Assembly: GCA_963693365.1 (NCBI GenBank)
Contig: CAVNZM010000007.1
Location: forward strand, 6,321,962-6,385,961
DNA length: 64,000 nt
Reading direction: 5' to 3'
From: Amoebidium appalachense
Lineage: Eukaryota > Protista > Ichthyosporea
Shown: piece by piece, positions 1 through 14,175 of the stretch
How positions within the stretch are numbered: position 1 is the first letter of the stretch
How the letters are laid out: the number at the start of each line of letters is the position of its first letter
Program-made: the position numbers and the translations under genes
The notes under the pieces: model-generated
What the model was told of the DNA's origin: nothing
What the model saw: only the letters and a program-made list of their open reading frames with translations
The model's database searches: none

Positions 1-877
1 CAAGCAAACTGATTTTCTTAATGACTGTGTCCCACCTCGTATATTGTGAACAGATTTTGACACAAAAGAAAATTGGTGTATTAGGTTACAACTGCAAAAC
101 TGACAACTTCGAAGGTCAACGTGACGGTCAGCCCGACGCGGCTGGAGCCTCGGCGGAGCCTCGGAGGGATACATGCTACACTCTAAACCAATGGGAAGCC
201 TACGATCGATCTGATTAGCCTAATAAAGAATTTTGGCGGGACGGTGTTCACATGCTGGCATTTTTGACACTCAGGCTGAGTTATCAGCTTTCACAATTAG
301 ATGTTACACTCTAATATTTTTAAAGAGAGCCACTGTGAAAGTTGCCAGGAATATTTTAATTTCAAACCTTCTCACTGACTCGAACATCTCCACACTATAC
401 CTTCAAAAAGGCTGTGCTAAAAGTCACTGATAACTGTGACACTACTCTGGGTCGGCGTATGACGTCATTGGTGCCGGATAAACCAATTAAACACTGTGAT
501 GCCTTTAGCGAATAGGAAAAGCGATTACCTAGCCACATATGGTTGTTTCAGCTGCACACCTACGACACTACTACGACACGGGACACCACCGGGTCACGCA
601 AGTTGACGCAACACACTGAACAAACTCGGCAGGAGACTTGGCAGGTAGTGTATGGCAAAGTTGCAAACACGACTTCGTTGAACATATAAAAGATTCCATG
701 ATTACGAAATGAATATTTTGGCTAGCTTTGATAAAAGGCAGAATATTGAAAGTTGAGCAGCATTGTGACTGGTCGGCAACAAGTGAACAGCCCTCCATCT
801 CCCGTTCCCTCCTCAGAAGTTCCGCCATTCCACCTGTTCTGGTTCTCCCAAGCCCAACCAAAACAAAACTAGACAAC

Positions 878-2695
878 ATGAATTCACTGGTGTTATTTTT
901 AGCATTATCTGTTGCAGCTTCCTCGGCCATAAGGCTAGAACAACAACAAAACACGTTGCCTACCCTTAGAGTTCTCATCACGGGCTATGGTAGGTGCTTT
1001 CCTCCAGGCCCAGCCCACCCCAGCCCCCCCCACCTTCCCCCCTTCCCCCCCCCCCCCCCCTCCCCCCCCCCCCCCTCTTCCCCCCCCCACCCCACCCCAC
1101 CCCTCCGGCCTGAAACTAACCCTGAGCTGCGCCTGCTACCCTACTAGCAGTACCTTTGATGCTTACAGCGTTGAGTGGACTAATGCGCACGGAATGGTAT
1201 CACAGTTGTTTGCGCACTTGTGGTAGTACGGATTCCGGGGCCAAGCAGGGTTTTTTCCCGATGGCTTTGAGCTATTCTGCAGAGATCTGTACACACATTG
1301 GATGTGCGCGGATACTAGCTGGTTTTTTTTTTTTTGCAAGAACGGTACTTAGAAAGAGGTAACTGCCGCCGCCTAAGCACACTTTCTGTTCTCATAAAGG
1401 TTGATTAACAAAACTTCGCTTTTTGGCTTTTGCTATTCCGGGCTCTACTAGATCGAAATCCAAAAACTTTCCCAAGCACACACAGACACAGCCCACTCAC
1501 GATAATGCTTCTCGAAGACTTTTTTGCTGGTCACGGCTATTTCCGTACTTTGGGGCGTGTGCAGATCCACATTCGATACTGATCCAAAGGCAGTCTTTTT
1601 CCCTCTCGTCGTCGTAGAACAGTCACATAAATGCACAGTGAAGAAAAGTAGTTCCTTTTCCTCATATGGTGCGCATTCACCTCCTCCCCCCTCTTCCCCT
1701 CCCCCTCCCTCCCCCTCCCCCCTTCACGCATTTTTTCGCTGCATTAGTTTGCACACACATCTTCACCGTTTTGCTCACCTTGCTTGCATAAGCAACCCTG
1801 CTCGTCTTTGATCAAGACGGGTTGACCCGCCCAAGTTCAGTTGATGCTGCTGTCTAAGTTGGAGCGTCGTATATACGCGGGCTAAGGGGTCGAAATTCAA
1901 ACGCAATTGATGACTTGGGTCCTCCCTGAGGATGGGCTCTGCTTATGACGCATACTGTGCACATGGCTGATGTTGCATACTTGAATGTTTGCCTTTGCAT
2001 GTGTCCTGCACCATGCTTCTCGTCGTGTATGCGTACTTCGTACCGTGTTCCGCATTCAAACCCCCTCCCCCCTTCCTCCCGTCGACCTCTTTGTCTTCTA
2101 CCACTCCTACTCCCACAACCCATCTGTTATTTACTTATCAGTGTGCTATACCTTATCCTTTCACCTTATCCTTACTCATTCATTATTCGCATCACCAGCT
2201 TAAAGGGTCAACCACACCATCACGCAGGTGCGTTTATGAACTTCACCCACAATCCTTCGGAGGAGGTAGCCAAGAAACTCAACGGGCACTGTGCTGAATA
2301 CCACAACATCAGATGCGCACAGCACCCGTTTCGTCTGTGCATTGAGGGGGTGCCCATTCCTGTAAACGATGCGGGCGCCATGTTCGTGGCTGACAAATTG
2401 CGCAAAACGAACAAGACGCATCATTGGGATGGGATTATCCACCTGGGGCTGGAGGACTATGCGCGGGGTTTGAAACTAGAGGTGGGTGGAAATTTTAAAG
2501 GTGAAAATAACAATGTGCACATCTGTTTACAACAGCTTCTGAGTCTGTTGTTGGTTGTTGATGCCTAGGAACCTTAGAAAATGGTCGTGCTTTATTCCCC
2601 CTTTGGTTTTTTCCGGGGGACATGGTGCTGGTGGTGGTTTTGTTTGGGTTTGTGTTTCTTTTTCCCTTGTTTTTTATTTATTTATTTTTTTTTAT

Positions 2696-2739
<44 letters not shown>

Positions 2740-2989
2740 CTTTTGCATGGGTGGATTATTTTTCAAACGAATGGGTTGGTGGATGAGAGTGGGTTGGGGG
2801 AGGAGAGGGAAGAAAGGGAGATGTAGTGCAATGAAACGGGGCCGGTAAGAAGGGGCTGATAGAGGAGGGCGGGGCCGGGGGGGGGGGGGAAGGGGGGGGG
2901 AGGGGGGGGGACGAGGAAGGTGAGGGGGGGGGGGGGGAGGGGGGGGGAGATGGTGTGCAGTGTGAATACTCCTCTCCTGCGATCGCGCG

Positions 2990-3032
<43 letters not shown>

Positions 3033-3307
3033 CCTCCTCCAAAAAAGCTTATCGTCAGGTATAATTGTTGAAATCGATATCAAGTGGTATTGGTTTCTCC
3101 GCCATTAAATATCGTTTATGTATTTGGTTGTGTGGGGTCACAGACGGTAGCTGCAAACGTGAAAGCCGTGGCTGGTGGCCAACTTGTTCCCGGCAAGATT
3201 GAAGTGCTCCCTACTACCGCTGACCTGTCCTGGTGAGTGCTTAGGTGGGGATTTTCATTTTTTTATTTATTTTTTTTTAAGGGGGTGTGGGGGGGGTTGG
3301 TAGTTGA

Positions 3308-3342
<35 letters not shown>

Positions 3343-3709
3343 GTAGGTGGTGGTGGATTTGGGGGGGGGGGGGGGAGGGGGAGGGAGGGGATTTTCGTGT
3401 GTGTACACGAGCCCGCGACTGTACCTTGCGACCGATGATGGCTAAATCATTTTATTTATGCATTCTTTGTTTCATTTTTTTTTTTGAAAATTATGGGGGG
3501 GTCCAATTTCGAAAAGTGATTTGTGTGTATCGCACGCGCCCGCACCAATGTATCTAGCGACTTAGATGTGGGCTTTCTATTTTCTTGTAGGGCTTGTAAG
3601 GGAGAGGGTGGGAAGAGGGTTTTTATTTTTTAATTATTTTTTATTTTTTTTATTTTTTTTTGGGGGGGGGGGGGGGGGGGGGGGGGATTGAGGAGTCGGT
3701 AGTGGGTGT

Positions 3710-3741
<32 letters not shown>

Positions 3742-3801
3742 TTGTTGTTGTTGTTGTTGTGGTGTGCTGGTGGGAGGGATTGGAAGGGGCGGGGCGGGCG
3801 G

Positions 3802-3842
<41 letters not shown>

Positions 3843-3894
3843 CTGAGGTTGTCAAGCATAATTGGTCCCACAGGGGAAGCAACCTCAGAACCCC

Positions 3895-3952
<58 letters not shown>

Positions 3953-5778
3953 ACCTGTAAGTGATAATAAGCGTGTAACCCTAGATACATCCCATTTCTC
4001 TCACTGTCCCTCCATCTCTGTGTGTTCGAGCATATTGGGATACTGTTTTTTATTCCACATCATTTCTCGTTGTGTATCGATAGTTTCGTGTGGCTAACAG
4101 TCACGTGACTTGCAGCATGCTGGTGAGTGAGATGGTGAGCACTGTGCTTGCCGATGTGATTGGTCAGAATGCAGCCAATGAAATGATCGATGAGAGCTGG
4201 AGCAGAGATGCAGGCACATACTACTGCAACGAGGTATGTAGCCCCCCCCCCCCCCAAAAAAAACCCTCCCCCCCCCTCCCCCCCCCCCCCCCCCTCCCCC
4301 GGCCACACCCCCTCCCCTAACCCCTACTGCCCTCCCCACCCCCTCTCCCAAGGCTCCCATTTCCATCTGACCTTAGACACACACTACCCATACGCTCTCA
4401 CTTTTGCCAAAGAAACAAAAAGAACAAGGGAGGGGTGGGGGGGACGGAGAAAGGGAGCGGGAGAGGGGGGGGAGGGGGGGGGGGGGGGGGGGGGGAGGTC
4501 GGCCCATACCATGCTTTCCTTTCACGCTGCCGGTCAAGTATGGCCACATGCACAAGGGGTGTAATATTGAACAAAGTCTACACTTCCACCCCACAATGCA
4601 GCCATGTAAAATACATCACGAGCATATTTGCAAATCATGAGGCATACAGATTTGCACATGAGCACTACACAACCACGAAACCTATGCAACCACATGCCTT
4701 TCCCTCCCCCCCCCTCCCCCCCCCCCCCTCCCGGAGGGCCCCTCTCATATATGTACACACATGTCACTGATGAGATCTGATTTGCCGATATTGTGGATGT
4801 ACCGGACTCTTCCTGGGATACACTGATCTTGCTGCTCCACACCCACGTACATACACCCCCAAACGGTCACACGATGTCTTTGTGTAATCCCCCCCCCCCC
4901 CCCCCCCCTCCCTCCCCCCCCTTCCCCCCCATTTCCTCCTCCTCCTCCCTCCTTTTTCACTGTCCCGGCCGAGGCCTTCGGCCCCGTTATGCCATTTACT
5001 ACTTTTATAATTTCCTCCCTCTCGCGATCGATATGTGCATGTTTTAAAAAAAACGACGATGCCGTCTTCCCTTTCATTCCCAATTTTATTTGGTTCGTTG
5101 CCTTTCCTTTGCTTCTGTGCGTGTGCTTTGTTGTGTGTGTGCCTGTGCGTGTGCCTAGGCACGTGCGCGTGTTTGCTCGTTGCTTATTCTTGGTGGCTTG
5201 CTTGTGTGTTTGTTTTTTGGCCGATGCGATTTTTTCAAATTCATTCTTCTGCATCGTGTGTACTGATGGGGCAGCCACTCCGTGGATTTGGGTTTATCCG
5301 AGAAAGAGTTCCCGCTTTCCCATCGCACTGCACAAGATATTGTGCATTTTATTGGTATGTGAGCTGACCACCCAAAGCCCTCAATACGGCGGGCATCCTG
5401 CGAGTTGCGAGACATCAAGGCGTTTGATTGTGGGATGGAAAATATTGTCAAATTCACCATGGTGCACGATACCAAGTAATAATATGCTTTCAAACCCGAA
5501 GTCTTCGTCCTTTAAGCGTCAAACACATGCTGAACCATTTCAAAGATTCCACATATCATTAAACACTCTCTGTACCATTTCAGGTCTATTTCCGAACGCT
5601 GCACGCTGTGAGGCTGGGAGCCATCCACCCGCCCCGTTCACCCGGGCTGGTCCCCGTCCTGTTTGTGCATCTGCCAAACACCACCACCGTGCCCTTCGCT
5701 GACTCGGCCCGCCTGGTGGCTCTGGTGGCCGCACATCTGGTTGCTGGTAACGCACACCTGCACCGTAACACGGATTAA
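878..5778 (+). CDS. Secreted pyroglutamyl-peptidase I-like cysteine peptidase (MEROPS C15). Exons 878-989, 2228-2481, 3144-3232, 4101-4233, 5584-5778
   Basis: GT-AG introns with consistent phases. Signal-peptide-like N-terminus MNSLVLFLALSVAASSA. C15 motifs RVLITGYGAF..NPS, IIHLGL, catalytic Glu (LKLE/TVAAN), Cys (SRDAGTYYCNE/VYF) and His (LFVHLP). An extra small exon in intron 3 cannot be excluded. Confidence 0.85.
1817..2070 (+). repeat. Dispersed repeat, copy 1 (peptidase intron 1)
   Basis: Shares colinear blocks (ACGGG(T)TGACC, GGTCGAAA, CCCTGAGGATGGGCTCTGCTTAT, GTACTTCGTAC, CGCATTCAAACCCCCTCC) with 58712-58930. Confidence 0.75.
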
Positions 5779-6139
5779 AATTCTGGTGTTTTAATTCAAA
5801 ACTTAAACAGCAGCCACATACGCAAGGGATCAGTGTGAGACATGCATATTGTACAAACAGGCAGGTTAAAGCAGTAAGGATACTAGTCCTGGTAGGCTAC
5901 GCTTAAAGTTTCGGATCTAACCGAAGTTCCTCTCACTCTGATAGTTGTGATGCTTAAAAGCTGACGAACACCGGCTCTGTATCTTTATTATTATTTTTTT
6001 GTCACGTACAAAAGGGTACCAACATCTCGCTTTCCTTGAGTTGCTGTAAACGGAGCTCGATCGAATCCATCACCTCATAGGCCTTACTTAGCTGCCCCCC
6101 CCCCCCCCCCCCCCCCCATCTCTCTCTCTCTCTCACTCT

Positions 6140-6555
6140 CTTAAAGGACCATGGCATCGAGTTTTGGAGTTTATTAGCAGTACTGTGGTGCACTGGGCTG
6201 ACCATTAAAGGAATTTGACAAGATGCTTGCATGAGTTTACGTCATGGCCGGCATGATTTCAAAGTCATTCTTCTGCATCGTGTATGGGGCGGCCAATCTG
6301 TGGACCGAGTTTGTTCAAATGGCAAAGTAGGCCACTACTTGGTGGTTGAACTGTTTGATGTGCATTTTCATTGCAAGTGCGCATGGGCTGGCCACCCGAA
6401 GCTGAAGCGGATATTCTGTCACAAATGTTAGAAGGCTACCAACCGTCTTGATTGTGGGATAAAAATCTTGTCGAGTTCCTTTAATGGTCAGCCAAGTGCA
6501 CCGTACTACTGCTAATAAACTGCAAAACTCGATCGCGATGCCATGGTCCTTTAAG
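6140..6555. repeat. Inverted repeat: arms 6140-6224 and 6465-6555, ~240 bp spacer
   Basis: The arms are near reverse complements. The ORF track shows near-identical peptides on opposite strands (STANKLQNSMPWSFK vs TTANKLQNSIAMPWSFK). Confidence 0.9.
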
Positions 6556-6591
6556 TACGAAACACATACGGTATCATCTCAAAGATTCCCC

Positions 6592-6753
6592 TTGGGAGTC
6601 ATCCACTCGCGCCGCCCCTCGCCCGGGCTGGTCCCCGTCCTGTTTGTGCATCTCCCAAACGCCACCACCGTGCCCCTCGCTGACTCGGCCCGCCTGGTGG
6701 CTCTGGTGGCCGCACATCTGTTTGTTGGCAGCGCACACCTGCACACGGACTAA
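6592..6753 (+). pseudogene. Duplicated, 5'-truncated copy of the last exon of the C15 peptidase (its 3' flank is duplicated to ~7006)
   Basis: Encodes PGLVPVLFVHLPNATTVPLADSARLVALVAAHL, near-identical to exon 5. A ~60 bp deletion removes the acceptor AG and the VYFRTLHAV codons. Confidence 0.85.
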
Positions 6754-7817
6754 AACTTTTAAAAAAATAATCCTATAACTCAGCAGCCCACACGATCAGT
6801 GCACGTGGAAGACACCTGGATCATATGAGCAGACAGGCCGGAGCAGCAAGGATACTAGCCCTGGTAGGCTAAGCTTAAACTTTTCTGTTTTAATGACTTT
6901 TCTCGCACTCCGACAAAATGTCACTGAATGCTTGAAAGGGGAAGAACACCAGCGCTAGCTATGTATCTATGTGATTTTCGGTCACGTACAACTCCGGGGT
7001 ACCAACAAAGTCCCCCGGACCCCCCCCCTCCTCCTCCCCCTCCCCCTCCCCCCACAAGCACACACACAATGGTCCCCAAATTTAAAACTATTCCTCGTCC
7101 CTCTTTTGATCACTTTCTTGGTAATGCCGGTATCAATCCCACAATACATGTCATGCCGTCCTCCACTCACTCCCCCTCCCCCCCCCCCCCCCCCCCTGTT
7201 TCCCCCTCCCCCCCCTTTTTTTTTTTCAAAGCCCAAATTTGTCGTCCCCTTTTACTTCTCACTACTTTTTCCTGCCTGCCAATATGTGCAAAAAGGAGCA
7301 GCTTTTCTCTGCCGTACAATCCAGATTGAACTTTAAAACGAAAGGTTTGCACCGTGGGGACCGGACGACCCCGCTAACGTTCCTTCATAGCAGGACGATG
7401 ATGCCGTCCCCCCTTACATCACTCATTTTTTTTTGCTTCGTGACTGTGATCCGGACCATTCCCTTCTTTCTGCGTGTATGCTTTGTTGTGCGTGTGCGTG
7501 TGTGTGCGTGTTGCTTATTCTTGGTGGCTCTATGTGTTTGTATCATGGCCACGTGGTGTTTCCAAAATGATTCTTCTGCATCGTGTATGGGGCAGCCAGT
7601 CCGTGGACTTACAAGATAAAGCGCCTGCACAACGTATGGTGCATTTTCATGATGCCATGTGTCACAGTAGCGCGGCCACCCGAAGCTCCAAATACCGGGG
7701 ACATATTAATTGAGTGTAAAAAAACTTGTCGAAACATTTTTGTGACGGACGGTTAAAACAACTATTGTTTTACAGCCTGAGGCCTGCATAAGGGCTACAG
7801 GTAGCTGTACTATGCTT

Positions 7818-7859
<42 letters not shown>

Positions 7860-8798
7860 CCCCACCCCCCCCCCCCGACCCTACTCTCCCGGCCTCCCTC
7901 CCCCCACCACCAAACACCACCACCTCCAGCCCCCCTGCCCCGCCGAAACTTTGGAAAATGACAGCGGCCCGCGCGGTATCTGTATAGATTCCTTGCCCTT
8001 TCTTCCTCCTCTTCTTCTAATTTTTCTTTGGTTTGTGTGTCAGAGTCACGATGCGTGTGGGCGCGCGTGGGCATTCGTTGCCACGGTGGCGCACGGTGGT
8101 AGTACCCCTTGTGTATACATCATACGACTGAGTCTCTTTAACCAATGCATTTTGCCTTTTCTTGGCGGCGTGACTTCGTTGTTTGTGCCATTTTTAATTT
8201 GAACCTTCAAGTTAATAATAATATATTAAGATAGTATTCTGTACCACTGCCCTTTTGATAGTGGTGCCCGGGGCCCAAAATTATGATACTTACTGGTTTG
8301 TATCCGGATCAGTGTACATATATCAAATTTATCCTTCAATGATGCTTGTTAAGTTTCGTGTATAGAGAAGGGCAGCCAAGAATTCGTCAATGTGAGTGAC
8401 CGCCACTGCACAACATACTGTGCATACCATGGCTTGTGGGTTGGCCACCCAAAAATCAGTGATACATCGGGTACTCTTTGGGCTTTCAACGTGACTAGGC
8501 ATTTGATTGTGGGAGGAAAATCTTGTTAAAGACTGTAAAAGGGGAAGGGAGCTCGAGAGCTCGAAGGGTCCCGGAAAAGACTTAAGGTACACACTTCGTG
8601 TTAAAATTTTGCGTTTTGGGCAAAGGGCCTTTGTAACAGGTGGTTGCAAGGTCACATTGTCAAGGTACCGACACACTATGTACTCCTATCATAGGCAACA
8701 AGCTTACAGTAGCTGCCCCCCCTCCCCCCTCCCCCCCCCCCCCCCCCCCCCCCCTCCACCCCCCCCCCCCCCCCCCCCCCTCACTCTCCCCTCCCCCC

Positions 8799-8839
<41 letters not shown>

Positions 8840-9005
8840 ATGGCATTTCCAACCGACCATGATCTTCTTTATTCTGTACAATGCACACTGAAAGGATAAT
8901 AGGAAGAAAGTACTCAGAAAAAGGAGGAATTTTCGGTTTTCCGTACCTGGTGGTAACATGTGCCGCAACTCAGCAACTCCCTAGGCCCCCTCCCCCCTTC
9001 CCCTT

Positions 9006-9038
<33 letters not shown>

Positions 9039-10652
9039 ACTGTCAGCCCTCTCCGGAAAACGACCCCCCTCCCCCCGGCACTTCAGGTTCTTATCTCCCT
9101 CCTTCGGCCCAGTGAACTGGTGCACGTGTGGCAGATATTATACTCCTATTTACGTAAAATTGGCACTTGTGTATGGTCCAGGAGCCGCGGCGTATAATCA
9201 CTTGAATATTCATGCACTGCGGCAAGAATTGGGGGAGGCAAAAGTCCCCAAGTCAGAGAGACTAAAACACAAAAGGGACGATGGTGGTCATTTTTTTTGG
9301 CAAGATCCGCATGGTATTCGAACGGCTCCCGTTTTACCTGCACCGTGATGGTTGAAACAAATAATGAAGTAGGCCAGAGGCCTATTGAGGTTACAGGTAT
9401 GTAGCATAAGGCTTTTGTCCCCCCCCCCCCCCTCCCCCCCCCCCCCTCTCCCCCCTCCCCCCCCCCTTCCCCCCCTCCTCTCCCCTCCCCCAAAAGGCCC
9501 ACAGTTACTCCTTTCCCCCTCCTGCCCCCCCCCCCCCCCCCTCCCCCTCCGGAGGCCGGAAAATAAGATAATTGAGAGCGACCTTCCTTATCGACCTTCC
9601 TTATAAATAAGGCCGCAACCCCTATTTGTGGACGACTATACTGGAGGATGGTATCTGCATATATCGCCGCTGAGTTTGTGATTCTCGGAGTCTCCCTTTC
9701 TTCCTCTTCTTTTTTCTTTCGTGCTTGTATATGTCCGTGTGTTGTGCGTGTGGGTGCGTGTGGTCAGGCGTGGAAACGGTGGCACACAGTGGTGGTAACC
9801 GCTATGAATACATCATATGGTATCTGTCACAGCAAACGTTTGTGCATAAAGTACATATGATGTGACCAAACACTGTACGGTACGGGTGGAGGACGAGAAA
9901 TGGGGCCGCCCTACATAGGTTGATGTATAAGTATGCGGGATCCGATCGAACAGGCCGACCCGACCCAATTTTGGTTTTGTGATTCATTCAGGTTTATAGT
10001 AATAAATAGTAAGTTTAAAAGCAGAACCACTGCCAGGCAGCCTTTCTAGTTGTAGGTACCTGCCCCAACATACAAATACATGTTTGTTTGTATCCGGATC
10101 GATGTCTAAGTATTTCGAAGTCATTCCTCAAACCCAAGGCTGCTTAAGTTTCGTGTGATAGTAGGACGGCCAAATGATAGAGGCCGGTTTGCACAACGAA
10201 TTGTGCACGTATTGGCTTGTGGGCTGGCCGCCAAGATTCAGTGAGGAATTGGGTACTCTTAGGGAATGGCAAGGTCACTAGGCATTCGATTGTGGGATGA
10301 AAATCGGACCCCTCCCCCCCCTCCCCCCCCCCCCCCCCCCCCCCCCCCAATGATAATCATTAACCCCCCCACCCCCCCCACCACCCCCCCCCCCCAGCCC
10401 CTTCACTTGTGGTGGACCAGGTGAGCCTTTGAACAAATTGCCAGCATTCGGAATCCATCACTTTTGAGTGTCCCATTATGAATTTCAAAGGGGGATGGAG
10501 AGCTGGAGGAGAAAGGACTTAACACACTTCGTATAAACTTTTACATTTTGGGAATGCTAGGGCCTGCGTAACAGGCGGTGGCACAACTTTGTCAAGGTGT
10601 TGACTCACTATGTACTCCAGATCCCGGCAAAACAAGAATACGGTAACTGTAC

Positions 10653-10696
<44 letters not shown>

Positions 10697-10702
10697 AAAA
10701 AG

Positions 10703-10741
<39 letters not shown>

Positions 10742-13273
10742 CCCCCGTCACCCCCCAGTCCTGCGTCCTTCTCCGAAGCATTTCCAACCACTCGGTCGTG
10801 CTAACTGAAAGCAAAATAGAAAGAAAGGAGGAGAAACAGGGCAACGAAAAAAAGAACACATGGAGTGAGTACTGAGACTCTCACTGAGGCCTCAGAGTTG
10901 CTAAAGTTAGCATCATAAAAAATGGAGGGGGGTTTCCCCGAAATGGGGATAAAATATCTATCAAAGGCTCTGCCCCAACTGTTATCTATTATGGCGTACT
11001 TATGTTTTTGAGGCAATCTAAACGCCAGATGTGATATTTGATACTTATCGACATAAACGTGAGTAGATGTTCTCCAAGCTATCAACTGCTTTTAAATGTT
11101 CAGCAGTATCACAACATAGAAAAGATGGTGCACGTGCGACCCTCCTCATCTACCATGTGTAACTTGGAGCCAACGCAAAGCCCTTTGGTATTTGGCATCA
11201 CGCACAACGGTTGAGCGTGTCACACCCAGGCATCAAGATTTTAAAGATCCCCGTTCAGTGATATATTCTTTGTAAAGTTCGCTTTTAGCAGCTATCACTT
11301 TTGCAAATATAATAAAAATACTGTGACAATCCCTTACATTATGTAGGTGTGCTACAAAACAATACCGTACCTGTAGGCAGTGTGCCGTGACTCCCTAGAC
11401 CCCCCCCCCCCCCGCCCCTTCTCTCCCCCCGGGCGGGCGCCACGGATTGTCAGCCTTCGTTCAGAATTACCCCCTCCTCCCCCCCCCCCCCCCCCCCCCC
11501 CCATCTCTCCCTCCCTCGGCCCACATGCAGAGTGCACGTGTCTGCCCTTTTTTTTGGCATATCATACTTCTAATATTCAGCACCTGCATCATTGTGCATG
11601 GAGCATGCGTATGAATGCATGGCAAGAATTGGGGGAGATCTAGAGCAAAAAGCCCCAGTCCACTGAGAGCCTAACGCACAAAGGGGCACAGTGGTGGTCA
11701 CTTCAGTAGGCCCGTACGGAATTTCTGTGTGGAAGGCAGCTCAGCTCACGTTATACGTGCACGGACTGGTTAATATCGAAGTAGAACAAAGACCAACAAG
11801 GGTTACTGTAACAGGTAGCTCGGTAGTACTACTGTCCCTCCCCCACGGCGCCCTCCCCCCCCCTCCCCCCCCCCCCCCCCCCCCCCCCCCTTTCCTCCCT
11901 CTCCCCGAAGGCCCTCTTCAACCCCTCCTCCCCCAGGCAAACTTTCACCCCCTCCCCCTCCCCCCCCCCCTCCCCCCTCCCGCGTTCCCCACCTATGCCC
12001 CCCCCCCCATTCCCCCCTCCCCCGTCCCCCCCCCAGGCCTCCCTCCCCGCCCTCCCTTTCCCCCTCCCGGCGCCCTGTCCTGCCCAAAAAGAAGAAAATG
12101 ACAGCAGAAGGCTTCCTTGCTGCCGAAACCCCAATTTGAGGGGATTATAATGGCGCTGAACGGTATCTGTATATATCACCGCTAATTTTGTGGTTACTAA
12201 ATTCCTGTTCACTTCCTCTTCTTCTTCTTCTTCTTCTTTTTTGTGCGTGCATGTACGTTTGTTGTGCTTGTAGGCCACGTTGAGCATAAGTCGTCAAGAT
12301 GGCGAGCGGTGGTGGTAACCGTTGTGTATACATGTGTTGTGTGTCCCGCGGCATTGTTTGTGCATGCAGTACTTGTACATGTGACCAAACAGTACGGGTG
12401 GGGGAGGAGAAATAATGTTGCCCTACAGTAGGTTGATGTAGCTAGATTAAGTCTCTTTTATCAATTCATTTTGCCGTTTAAATGTTTTGGCGGCTTGAAG
12501 TTGTTCGAGCAAGTATTGCTTTAAACCCTCTTAAGCTAAAATAATAATAATAGTTAAGCACCACTGCCATTCATTCATTATTATGCACCGTCCCCAAGAT
12601 GCCTGTACATATTCGTTTATATCCGGGTCGGTATCATAGTATTTCAAGAATGTTTGACGAATAATCCAGGGCTGCTTCAGCTGCGTGTTTAGAGTGGGCG
12701 GCCAGTTCCTGCACCGATCTCGTGCTGCACAAAATATTGTGCATATGGCATTGCTTGTGGGCCAGGCCCCAGTGCAGTGATACATCGGGCAGTCTGGGAT
12801 GCAAGGTTACTATGGATTTGATTGTGGTACTGATTTGCCAAATCTATACGGTATGCCATTGCTGTTACCTGAACCATAACATTAGGGATGAATGGTTTTG
12901 AAACGGAGAGGGGGATGAAAATAAATTTAATTTTTAAGAAAAGGAAGGGGAGGGGAGGGGAGGGGATCAATCCCCCTTTTTGAACAGCATGCCGGTTGGA
13001 CAGGCTGCCGGCCGGAGGGAGGCTACCCACCCACCCCTCCAGCTAGCAGGGGGAAGGGGGAGGGGGGGGGGGGGGGGGGGGGAGGGGAGGACCCTACACC
13101 CACAGTGGTAGCTTTGGTAGGCCCGTACGCATACGGCATATCAGTGAATAGCTCCTGTGTTAAAGTGCATAGATTGGTAAAAAAAGATTCTGAAGTATTG
13201 CTAGAGGCCTACTAGGGTTACAGGTACAGTAGCTTTACTATGCTTTGTCCCCCCCCTCCCCCCCTCCCCCCCC

Positions 13274-13304
<31 letters not shown>

Positions 13305-13593
13305 TGCCCCCTGCCCCGCCAAAAAAAATAAGAAAGTAACAACGATCTTCCTTAATGCCACAACCCCAATATTGGGGGGATTTTAATGGCGGACCGTACC
13401 TGTATATATCACTGCAGCTGATCATGTGATCATTACCCTTTCTTCTTCTCCTCTTTTTTCGTGTGTGCCCGTGTGTTGTGCACGTGGGCCCGCGTGCGCA
13501 TGCATGGGCACGGTCGTGCGTGCACGGTGGTTTAGTAACTGTTGTGTTAAACTTTGTTAACGTTGTGTATCCATCATACTGTTTATGCATATA

Positions 13594-14175
<582 letters not shown>

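Noticed and set aside
460-467. TGACGTCA (CRE-like) site upstream of the peptidase
   Set aside because: A single 8-mer is expected about once by chance in 64 kb.
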